DNA from: Antedon mediterranea
Lineage: Eukaryota; Animalia; Echinodermata
Length of the DNA stretch: 64,000 nt
NCBI RefSeq assembly: GCF_964355755.1
Contig: NC_092670.1
Location: 6,686,201 to 6,750,200 of the forward strand
Direction of reading: 5' to 3'
Below are positions 23,201-35,900 of this stretch, in pieces. Position 1 is the stretch's first letter. Every line of letters begins with the position of its first letter. The position numbers and the translations under genes were made by a program. The notes below the pieces were generated by a model. The model ran no database searches and was not told the DNA's origin. It saw only the letters and a program-made list of their open reading frames with translations.

Positions 23201-26200
23201 CAATCATTTTTATCAATTTTTTTTCACCAATATTTAAGAGCACTATAATAGTAATAAGTACCATTAATTATTTTATCGATATACTTTGCATAATAGTAAT
23301 TATGGTTTTTAACGAATTGTTTACTATTTGTTTATACGGTAAGTTTGACAAATATAATATACTGTACTGTAAGAATTAAAATGTTATTTCGTAACTATGA
23401 ATCGACTCTTATGTGGAAATAAGAAAATTAATTGTTCCATTCTACCATTATAAAATGTAATTTGATTTTAGCAATAGTAATTCTTGTTTCTTCCTTTTGT
23501 AATAATAGATAATGAGGATCCAGTCTTGGTTTGTCCGCCAAATATTACAACTACTACAGCAGATGGTTCAAATCGAGCGTTCAATGTCAACTGGACTGAT
23601 CCAATAGTAATTGACAATTCGGATGAAGATATAACACCAATTTCCAAGTACAATCCTGGAAATAATGAATTTGATATTGGTAGAACTGATGTTATATATG
23701 ATGCAGTTGATAGTTCAGGCAATGCGGGAACATGTACCTTTATAGTAACTGTTACTGGTAAGCACAGATGGAATTCTTTCCTCTGACGTATTTAAATTAA
23801 TTAATACAGAAATGTTTGCATAAATGCATTTTTACCTTGATCTTCTTTCCTGAGTATTATTACTATTATTTATTATAAGTTATAATTATTACCTCATGTT
23901 TTAGATCCAGAAGCTCCAGATATTATAGATTGTCCAATGGATATAATTGTTAACACAACAACTGGTGAGGCAATTGCAATCAATGTCACATGGATGGAAC
24001 CGACAGCTACTGATAACTCCGGAGAGACCCTTATACCAGTAGCAGACTACACTTCTGGTGATAATATGTTTGTAATTGGTGATACAACAGTCCAGTACAA
24101 TGTCTCAGATTCAGCTTGTAACTTTAATGATAGCTGCAGTTTCGTTATCACTGTTGAAGGTAAGACAACTGTACCTCGTTGGTGGAAATTAAAATTGAGC
24201 TACAGTAATGTGGTTATATTAAATGTAATTTATTTATTTCTGTTATTTATGTTGTGAATAGATATTGAACGTCCAATACTTGACTGCCCAACAAATGTCA
24301 CTTCAAACAATTACATAGGAGAAGGGTATGGACTATTAAATGTCAGCACAGATATAGGAAGTCCAAATGCCACTGTCACCTGGGATCCTCCTGTAACAAG
24401 TGACAATAGTGGTGGACTTGTGACTGTAATGTCATCACCTTTCGAGTCTGGTGACATAATACCACATGGTACTCACACAATAACTTTTACAGCAACTGAT
24501 CCTTATGGCAATATTGACACCTGTGACTTTGGCCTCAATGTTGAAGGTAAAATATAAATCTCTTTGTAATTTTGATAATTTACAAAATACAGGAATTATA
24601 ATTGTTTTAGAGAACGTTATGAACATATTATAAGATTTACCTTCAACACACAACACAAAAGAGAATATATTTTATATTGAATAAGTACATCCAAGTGATT
24701 ACTAATTGATGATTAAGTCATTGGCCTTTATACAAAAATTACATCTTTACTGATGAACCCATGTGTCATTTTCATCAATAATTCTTCACCAATTTTGAAG
24801 CGCACTATAATTGGTACCGTTATTATTACTTTGCATATATGTAACGGCTTGTTTATTATCTGTTTATATGGTAAGTTTGAGAAAATATACTGTTGTGTAA
24901 GAGTTAAAATGTTAGTAAGTAACTATGAATCGACTCTTATGTGGAAATAAGAAAATGAATTGTTCCATTCTACCATTACAAAATGTAATATGATTTTAGC
25001 ATTAATAATTCTTGTTTCTTCCTTTTGTAATATTAGATAATGAGGATCCAGTCTTGGTTTGTCCGCCAAATATTACAACTACTACAGCAGAGGGTTCAGA
25101 TCAAGTAGTCAATGTCAACTGGACTGATCCAATAGTAATTGACAATTCTGATGAAGATATAACACCAACGTCCAAGTACAATCCTGGAAATAATGAATTT
25201 GATATTGGTAGAACTGATGTTATATATGATGCAATTGATAGTTCAAGCAATGCAGGAACATGTACCTTTATAGTAACTGTTACTGGTAAGCACAGATGGA
25301 ATTCTTTCCTCTGACGTATTTAAATTAATTAATACAGAAATGTTTGCATAAATGCATTATTACCTTGATCTTCTTTCCTGAGTATTATTACTATTATTTA
25401 TTATAAGTTATAATTATTACCTCATGTTTTAGATCCAGAAGCTCCAGATATTATAGATTGTCCAATGGATATAATTGTTAACACAACAACTGGTGAGGCA
25501 ATTGCAATCAATGTTACATGGGTGGAACCGACAGCTACTGATAACTCCGGAGAGACCCTTATACCAGTAGCAGACTACACTTCTGGTGATAATATGTTTG
25601 TAATTGGTGACACAACAGTCCAGTACAATGTCTCAGATTCAGCTGGTAACTTTAATAATAGCTGTAGTTTTGTTGTCACCGTTGAAGGTAAGTGAATGTA
25701 CTTTCTGGAAGGAAATTATTACCAATTCAGTCACATGACTTTTATAAGTTCGTTGTTAATATAATCCTTGAAGTACTACTTTTTGGCAGACTTTCTGGCA
25801 ACATGCCTTTATGTTATTAACATAACAATTATTATATATATATATATTATATATATTTCTTGTCAAATGTGATCTAGTTTTACCTTTCAAAGAAGAAGCA
25901 GGATGTACAATAATTTAAAACTCAGTAAATTAGCATTAAAAAGGTAATACAGAAGATCCCCTATTAAAAGACGCTAAAGACAAATTGTGCTGTGTTAATA
26001 TGCATCTAGGGTGCGCATCAGAAAGTGACAATGTGCATGAGAGGGACATACACGTTGAACCTGTCAATCTGTCGGCAGTTTATAAATATTTTAATGATAA
26101 ATGAATTTGTAATTCATAGAATTATTAAGATGTGAAGTATAGTAAAACTACAGCTAATTACGGACTTGAAATCAACACAAAAAGTGCACATGGTAATCGA

Positions 26201-26882
26201 AAACACTTTTAATTCAGAGGGCGCGCGTTCAGCAGATGAAACATATTTTCGCGGCCGGCATGGTTTATATATCCGGCCATGGCGGTACACAACAGATAAG
26301 GTTGCATAGTTAATACGTGACGTAACAACAACAACAACAATTCTGGAAAGTGATATATCCTACCGTGTGCGGCCCATCATGGAAAATCAGTGTGCCAAAT
26401 GTGAGCACGTACCATTCAGAGGTTTCGGATGAAATGCGTACGCGACAAATTTAGTAGCATTAATATATAGAGTATTTAGTTTCTTTGTACTACATACATA
26501 CTTTCTGTTTTTGTCTTATTTTCTTTTTAGAGCAGCCTAACATACTTTAAAATGTGTTTTTATATTAGATAATGAACGCCCAGTTATTGACTGCCCAAAC
26601 AATGTTACTTCAAACAATTACAACCAAACAAGGTTTGGTTTAATAGTTATTAGCAAGGATGAAGGAAATTCACTTGCCACGGTGACCTGGAACCCTCCTG
26701 TGACAAGTGACAATAGCAATGGAATAGTGACTGTAGTGTCATCACCTTATGAATCAGGTGACATAATACCAAGTGGTGTTCACATAATCACCTTTACAGC
26801 AACTGACCCTACTGGAAATAGTGACAACTGTGATTTAAGTTTCCGGGTCCAAGGTACAAGGTTTTCAAGAATTTAGTAAATG

Positions 26883-26913
<31 letters not shown>

Positions 26914-29900
26914 TTCAACATTTATTAGTTTCTATCAATGGTAAAGCAATACAATAAAAAGAGTGGTAATTTATAATGAGACAATACAAAAATACCATTA
27001 ATAGAGGATCTTGCAAGAAGAGATTTCTTGTCACACAAGACCCATAAAAAAAAATACATTTGTATATAATTATAATAATATAAAATAAAAAGTCATGACA
27101 AAGTTTGACAGTTTGAAGGTCTAGTTTGAGTACAATGATAATAAATGTTTTTTACCTTATTTTACAGGAGATTTCATGTTTGTGGCCAACCTTGTTTCTC
27201 CAGGAATTTATATGTCAAGTATAGGTTCCGGTGATGCCACAGCTTTAACCTTTACTCCAGCAATTCAAAATGTTCAACTAACCAGACCAGTGGCTATTGA
27301 TTATGATGTCACCACTTCAGCGCTATACTGGTCTGACGTCACCACGTCTTCAATTGAATATTATTCATTTGTCAAAAAACAACACCAAGTTTTAGTTTCT
27401 TTTGAAACCGGAGGTAAGAACAAATAATTATTTTCTATCTAGTAGGATAATTCATTTATAGTGTGGATTCCTTAAAAAAATAGGGTTCCTTACCTAGTTA
27501 TTGTTGGTATTACCAACAATAATTGGTTAAACTTTAGTTATTAAGCTAAAATAACACAATCAACACATTTATGATTTTGGCCTACTTGTGACCATCAGCA
27601 AATTTACAATTTTTATATGATACAGTCTGTTGATTTTGATCTTTTATTTTTGCTAAAATATTTCCCTAAACTACTCACTACAACGCATAGGCCTGGACGT
27701 CTTTGTGTAGGGGAGAGTGGGGTTGGTTGAATCAAATTTTCTATTTTTGACCATAATTTTTTTTTGGTTGCATTGGTTAAGCTGTAATTAACAGTGTATG
27801 TTCACTAACATTCCTTCAGGCAACACGGTGAATTATATGGACATCAGAAAACATATTTAGAAGTTAGAAGCAAATTACCAAGATGAGTCGACCGATTCAA
27901 CCAACCCCTTCATCGGGGTAGGTTGAATCACATAGTGGGGTTGGTTGAATCATGAAATAATATGTAATAAATACAATGATATCTTTAATATTTATTTATT
28001 AAGATGAAAACCACATTATAACAAATATATATTAATTAATAAACTACTATTAAAAAAACTATTTCCTGATATTAAAGCTGCTGCACTATTATGTTTTTAA
28101 AATGTTAGTTATTATTACACGTAAAAAGCACCATAACATAAATATGAATTGTTTAAAGAGTTAGGCTTTTTAACTAGCCTAAGTTGTTTATTTGAGTTGT
28201 TTAAAATAATATATTAGAATTACAGGAACAAACTTGGCACAACAAAAAATGTAATTAAGTATATACAGTAAATGTTTACGTTTACATGAAAAACTGGTTA
28301 CTCGCAAACCGAGCAAATGAATGTGCGTCCATTTTCGGTGCACTCCACATGTGACCATTCTTCACAACCCTCCGCTAAACACTTTACCCACTTTTCTCCC
28401 GGTTTGCTATTTGAGTAGCTTTCTCCACAAATTTCACAATACCAGTCAGTTCCCTTACTTGGTTTTTCTTTTTGAGTGTTGTTTGGCGTTTTCGATTTTG
28501 ATTTACCCTTACTTTTACTTGCAGATTTCCTTTTCATTATTGCCTCTTTTTCTGGGGTGTCGGTCAGAATTGCAGATTTTAAAGTTTTTCTGCCATGGCC
28601 TTTGTTTTTTCTTGGTGGAGCAACTGGAAATGGGCGAATAGTTTCCGGGCTAAATGGCAATCTTCGGCATGCAGCAGATGTGGACGGTTCATCCTCTAAA
28701 ATTTCATTGGGTGTTGATAGTTGACTTGCATTGATAGGTGGTGGAATTTCAAAATCATCTTCCGACACTGGCTCATTTTCTGCTACTGGCTCGTTTTCTG
28801 CTAATGGCTCATTTTCTGCTACTGGCTCGTTTTCTGCCACTGGCTCATTTTCTGCAATTGGCTCATCTTCTGCTTCTGGTTGATCAGTCGTGTCAGCAGG
28901 TGCAAATTCGAAATCCTCAAAGATGTCTCGGTTAAATGGAAATATTCCACACTTGCGGAACCCATTTGTTATGTTTATAGGCGTATTTGCCTTAGAGAGT
29001 GCCTCTTTTACCACACCTGGGATGTCATAGATGGTCATTCTTTCACCGGGATGAGTCTTCATCCATGAATCCTGTGCAGACCGCAAGTAGGTCTTAAATG
29101 GACCATAAACGCTTCTATCCAGTGGTTGGAGTTTGTGACTCGTGTGGGGTGGAAAGGAAAGCATGACAATACCATTTTCCTTAGCAAAGTCCAGGGTTTC
29201 TATTGACAAGTGTGGTCCTGCATTGTCCAATAATAATAACACTGGCTTCTCTTTAGATGGCTTTGAAAAATTGGCGAAGTGTTTCATGAAAGCAAGGAAG
29301 TCATCTTCTTGCATCCATCCAGATCCATTCGCTCTACCAATGCTTCCTGGTGGTCCATCACGGATGAAACAGCCCTGATACTTAACCCGAGGAAATATGA
29401 ACATAGGTGTTGTTGCATTACCTACTGCGTTTATTGCTTGGCACACAGTAACTAGAACACCTCGCTCAGCACTTACAATAGCTCCAACTTGCTTTTCTCC
29501 CTTTTTAGCGACAACCTTTGATGGCTTTTGCACTGTTGTTGCCCCGGTCTCGTCCAAATTCCATATATCATTTGGAGCAAATTTGTGCCTGTCCATAACT
29601 GTAGCCAGTTTGTCAAAAAAGTTTGAAACATTGTTCCGGTTAAAATTCATAGCTCTCGCTAAACTTGTCGCTTCTGCAGCTCTTATACTAACATTTGGGT
29701 GACGCTTCAAAAAAGAACAAAACCAATCCTTCCCTGCTTTCTGGTTTTCAGTCCAACTTTGTGGCAAATCTACTTCATATGCTATGGCTAGCTCATATGC
29801 AAACTTCCTTACATCATCCGGCATCAAACCAAAATACATAGCAGCAGCTCTCAATATATATTGAACCAGCATTTCCTCTTGGTTGTCACTAAACACCTGT

Positions 29901-32900
29901 CGATTTCGGACATATCCAACGTGTGTGTCAGTTAATGCTCTTGTCACTTCAAGAGGGGTATTCAAAGCACCATCGGCATCTGAAAATATAGTTTAATGTA
30001 TACAGTTAGCTAATAGTAATATTTTAATACCTTATTATATTTTCATACATTTTAATATCCATACCTTTCTTTAGTTTGTTGACATCAAAGTCTTTTGCCA
30101 CTGATCTTACAGACAGGTTCTCCAATATCACAATTCGTGCTGCTCGTTTTAACATTTCTGGGTTTTTCCCCCGTTCGGTTTTTCTCTTATGAGTTCTAGG
30201 CATGACTGTATGTTGATAACTGAAAAATGCAAACAAAAGATCATTAGAATTAACAAAAAAATAGGTAGCGCTGGCAGTCGTATACTAGGCCCTATAGGCT
30301 ATAGTAGCCTCCATCATTTAATTTTAATAACTATGCCTATAGTATAATAGTAATACAGTAAATTATTTGAAAGATGTTTATTTATAATTTATATTTTTAC
30401 AATACTTAATAATAATAAATACTGTAATTTTAGGCTAGGCCTATGTAGTTTAATTTCTTACAATTTACATCTTAAAATTTCTATTCTGTATAAGAACATT
30501 TCTATAGTTACTATTATTGAGTTGAAAAAGTTTAAAACTACATAAATTAACATAAACAATGCACATTATTATCTTGGGGTTGGTTGCATCACGTGATGGG
30601 GTAGGTTGCATCACCTGATTCAACCAACCCCATAGGCACAGACAGCATTAATTCGTGTCATAGAAAAAAAATACGTGGCTCATAGGCCTTACGGTGAAGA
30701 TGAAAACATTTTTTCTTGTTCCTCATTAAGCATAATAAGTGAACTCTCTTGATTCATATACATAAAAATAAATTAATCACGTATTAAAAAGTTCCACGAA
30801 AATTTTCCTGACATTTTAAAGAAATCTTGATTTTAAAAGTATAAAAGAATATATTTTCGCAGTTGCCATTTTGTATCACATGACATCAGTTAAACCAATC
30901 ATACGCGACGTTTAGGCAGCAGACGTCAAAATCACACGATGTAAACACGAAATGGCGTCCGACGAGGAAGGATCTTCTCGCTCAGACAAAGTAAAGTTGA
31001 AATGTTTTTTCCAAATTTACAAGCATTCAAATAAAATTATCAGTCCAATTACTGAGATTCGATGGAATAAAGTGTTGCTCTGTTCAAAGAGTTGGATAAA
31101 ATTAGATGGAGACGGCAAGGAAATCGCCATACATTTGACGGAGCTTCTTGGTATGTCTGATGAAGGTAAATCGTTTGACGATGTCGTACGCGAGCATCCA
31201 GGCTTAGGTTTTCATGCTACCTCCTGTTACAGGCGATATACTGATACATCTCGACTAAAAAAGGTAATATTTGGTTTCGATTATTATCAGAATACTCTAA
31301 GAGTTAATAATATAGTTAAATGATACAGTATATAGGGTGCTACTAGGTATCCCAATGAAAGCGCACAGAGGGGTATCACTTTTGAAATATTGACGAAATT
31401 CGAAAAAGTAGTATGACTTTGATGTTAAATAAATCGTATTCAATCTTAATTAATACTTACAAAATTTATATTGTTTGAAAGTACTTGTTTTAATCTATGT
31501 ATAAGTGTGTTTATAATTAAAATTAATGAATTAGTTGCCGAGAAAATGCGATTTTAAAACGGTTCTAAAATCCCGTCGAGCCGATTTCCGCGCGTTGAAA
31601 ACCTCATCGGAAAATCCCCATCAGTTTTCAAAACACGATCGCACGATTACCATTGGAGCTAGCGGATTAATTTTTGTTGTATGTTATCAGGCTTTAAATA
31701 AGCTTTAATTTGATACGAAAATCGTCTTCTATAAATAGGTTTTTCGTAACGAAAAGTCAATTTTTGTGACAAAAATCCAATTTTGATTCACCGTTTATGG
31801 AAAAATATTATGGATTTTGGTATTAAATTATAGCTAAATCTACATTGAAATCGATAAAACATAGTTTACAAACGTATTGTGCATGGTAATTGTGCGAACT
31901 ACATTTTAAAATGGTGCATGAGGCGTAAATCCCGTTCAAAATTTTAAAGATCCAACCATTATAATCCGGTGAATATTGTAGTGAGTAAAATATTGTACTC
32001 TAAAATACGCGCGTGTTTGTTGTGGCGTTTTCCGTTAAATACATTAATGCACCCTATCAGCGAATGGTACGTTCCATATTTTGAACACGTTGTTTAGTTT
32101 TCTATTCCTCGCTCGAGTTCGACCGGCTCGACGCGAGATGTGTGACAGCAGCGATGTCGGAGATTGACATGTCCTTTCCGTCGTAGAATATCTGGTTTTA
32201 CACATTAATTTAACAACTTAAAATTGATGTAATGTGCGGAAGATTTATTATGCAAGTATACAATGCAAATGCGTTAGGTTAAAATGTACCGAGGAAATTT
32301 ATTAAGCTAATTTACCAATGTTACATTTGACTCTGTATACGGCGGCCGAAAGTCATTAACTGCGACCGAAATACTTTAACGGGAGCGACTACTAATCGCG
32401 AGTAAGCCGTGACTTGGCCTAAACTTTAGCTCCGTATTTCAATTTAATAACGTAATAATACGAAAAGAAAACAATTTTTATAATGTTATATATACTATTC
32501 AGGTAAACAATTAATTCTTTTAATTAACATTGATTATTTTAAATGAGTTTATTTTGACCCATATTGTGCGTTTGCCTAAGAGCATATCTTACTTTTAGCA
32601 GCCTGGCTTAGATTTGGTGTCATAATCATATGGGCCTAAAATCTTGTTTTACGTATTCAAAAGTTATATATAATAGTATTATGATTGAAATTATAAATAT
32701 AAAGTATATTAAAATATTCTAATAATTATACTTACCGAAAATTAGTGTAAAAGAAAGGAAACAGTACACACCGTTTTTAACATACTTTTTCATTTTTTTT
32801 TTTTATAATTTTAAATTTCACCATTAAAAAAATTTTTTTTTTTCATATACACATCTAAAATGAATTTATTAATGAAATATACACTACATTCTAACAAGTA

Positions 32901-35900
32901 CAAAAAAAATTAAATGAATTAGTACAGTAGTTCAAAAGTTACAGATCATTGAAAAATAGCAGTTTTTTCATTTTTTAGGGAATTCCAGCAAAAATGGGCG
33001 TTAAATGCTTTCCTACCACTTTGCGGACCAATAATTTTAAAAATAGGTTTCGTTGAGGCTCCAAAAAAAATAGAGTTGTACAACTCTGTGATATCTATAG
33101 GTTTAACAAAATTCAAAACTTTTAACTAATTATTGTAAAAGTTATAACCTTTTAAAAATGCTTCCAATTTCAACTGCAAAAAACACCATTTTTAGGCAAA
33201 AAATCGTATATTTTTTTACCACTTTAAATAACCATAACTTTAGAACGGGTAATCGGATTTCAATCATTTAAATTGCAAAATGCTAATTACATTAAGTTCT
33301 TTATGGTTAACTGAAAGAAAATGTAAAAAAATTAATCTGAATTTTTTCATTGGGATACCTAGTGCTACTGATCTATATATCTATAGATAGGCCTAGATCT
33401 ATATTGTGCCCTTAGAGTTTCTGTGCTTGGTTGTTGATTGGGCTTTCTACTACTGTAGTACCAGTACTACTACGTAGGCCTAGGCCCTAGGCCATATTAT
33501 ATTATACAGTATATATTATTCAGTTGGCTACACAATTAATTTTAGTTAAATACCAATATAGGCTCTGTATTCTGGAAAGTGAGTAAAACGTAACTTTCTA
33601 AAACTCTTGTTGGTTTTTTGAATTTACATTTTTAATTTTTTTTTTTATTTGCTTCAGTCTAAATGTTGAATTTTTAAACACCAAAATCTATAAAATATTA
33701 AAATATATTTTAATAATATTTATTATTATTTACAGGGAATTGGAAAGTGTTTTTTTAACATATAAGCAAAGCTATAAGGTATTTTGCAGAGATGTAATTG
33801 ATAAACGGTTACAGTATGGACAGGAGATACCAAGACTCGCAAAACTCCAAAAGCTTTTCATGAAATCAATTGAAAAAACAGAAAATGTTTACTTGTCAAC
33901 TATAAGGTAGGCTGTCGATCCCTTCTTAAAAACGATGAAATAATTGTAATATTTTTGAGATCCAGTTACTGTAATAATTTCTTCATTGTATCTGTGTTAC
34001 AATTAATTATAATCAATTAATGTGTTATTTATAGATCAGACGTGTTGAAGAAGAAGCTCAGGATGGATTATCCTAACCTAATTTTTCATTCACCCACAAG
34101 AAGGTTAGTTGCTTAGTGCTTATATTAAATGATTATTTCACCAGGGATAATTTAAAAAAAAATCTTTTTGTGGATTGGTCAAACTAAATATTTTGTTTAT
34201 TTTTTCTTAATTAGAAATGAATCAGTTCTGGTGTACTTTAGCAATGTATCCCCTGGATTTGTGGCTGATCCATTTTTGTCATCAGGAAAAAGTACAACGG
34301 AGACAGATGAATCATCAGAGTATGACATAGATATTCCAACTACTTCTACAACACACGAAATCTCCACTGATGGTGACAATAGAGACAAACTAAGGACTCT
34401 ATATTTTGCAGGTACGGTTAAAATACAATAACTTGTATATACTGGTTTATTTTTAAATAACAACAATAAATGTTATTGCATAATTAAGGAAATGCTGTGG
34501 ATCAAAGAGGTGAAAGCTGTATGCACTCAAAAAACAAAACTGTTATGATAGTAAGTGGTGTCGATCATAAATGCTGTACACAATACAGTATATGCTTTAT
34601 ATACATTTATTATTACTATGTTTCATTCATCGAATGCTATAAAATATACTTGCAGGTACGATAGTAAATAATGCCATCAAATCAAACAAAGGTATGCAGA
34701 GTGAATGGCCTCCAAGAGCAGCAGACATTAATGATGTTGACATATCTGAAATTGTGCCATATGAGTTGTTTAATCTAATCGCAAAGTGTGTTGGTGCTGC
34801 AGAAGATACTATACAAACCTCATTTTCAGATGTTACTGAAGAAACTCGAACGAAAATTTTATCGATATGCCAGGAAATCCTGTACCTTGGAAAGGAAGAA
34901 GGCAGACTCCAAAGTCACTTGCTCTAGGATTAACTGTTCGAGTGTGAATGAGATGAGTGTGAAAACAGGACAAGAGAAGAAGAAGAAGAAAAAGAAGACA
35001 CACCAGACTATGGCATTGAAGATGATGAATTAGACTATGATGAATTGGACTATGAGGAATTAGACTATATGAGGAAGATGAATATGAAATATACTGTAGT
35101 TTATACGGTTTTGAATGCAACAAAATCATCATAAAAAGTAACTGTAATGTAATAGGCCTACACTATAACCAATGTGAAACACTACCATGGTTATGCAAAC
35201 AGAAACTGTGAGCATGTGAATAAAAAAAAAGATTTAAAAAAAATGAAAACAAAATGGAAACCATGAGAATATAAATAAATAATATAACCATGAGAATATA
35301 ATAATAAAAACTGTAACCATGAGAATATAAATAAATAATGTAACAATGAGAATATAATAATAAAAACTGTAACCATGAGAATATAAATAAATAATGTAAC
35401 CATGAGAATATAATAATAAAAACTGTAACCATGAGAATATAAAGAAAAATAGTAACTATGAGAATATAAAGAAATTGTGTAACCATTAAAAGAAATTGTG
35501 TAACCATGAGAATATAAAGAAAAATATTAACCATGAGAATAAATACAATTACATTGAAACAAAACAAATATTTGATGTTTGTATTTTATTTAATAATTTA
35601 AATTTACTATTGCATTGGTGTTTATTACTAGGAATATGTGTTCTATATGTATCACAGTTAAATCATATCAGTCACTATGTACATCCTACGGTATAAACTT
35701 AGCATTATTGCTGCTGTATTTCTACTGCTATTAATAGCCTACCTGTCGGGAGAAACCATTATACGAACAGTTGAAGCCATTTGTAATTATAAATGTTTTA
35801 ATGTCGGGGGATAATTATTAACTCTAAATTTCAATTTTAGAGTTAATATAAATTTGTATTCACTAAATTTATTTAAAAAAATAAAGAATAAATCTATTTT

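Larger units (their letters stand above)
22350..25715 (+). repeat. Tandem array 2: A-B-D HYR cassette, about 2.2 copies (period ~1.53 kb)
   Basis: A exons at 22350, 23905 and 25433; introns are shared between copies. Confidence 0.9.

Noticed and set aside
28321-29702. Several + strand ORFs over the transposase
   Set aside because: Antisense shadows of the minus-strand transposase
35163-35567. Hydrophobic repetitive 134-aa ORF resembling a membrane protein
   Set aside because: Translation of the 26-27 bp minisatellite
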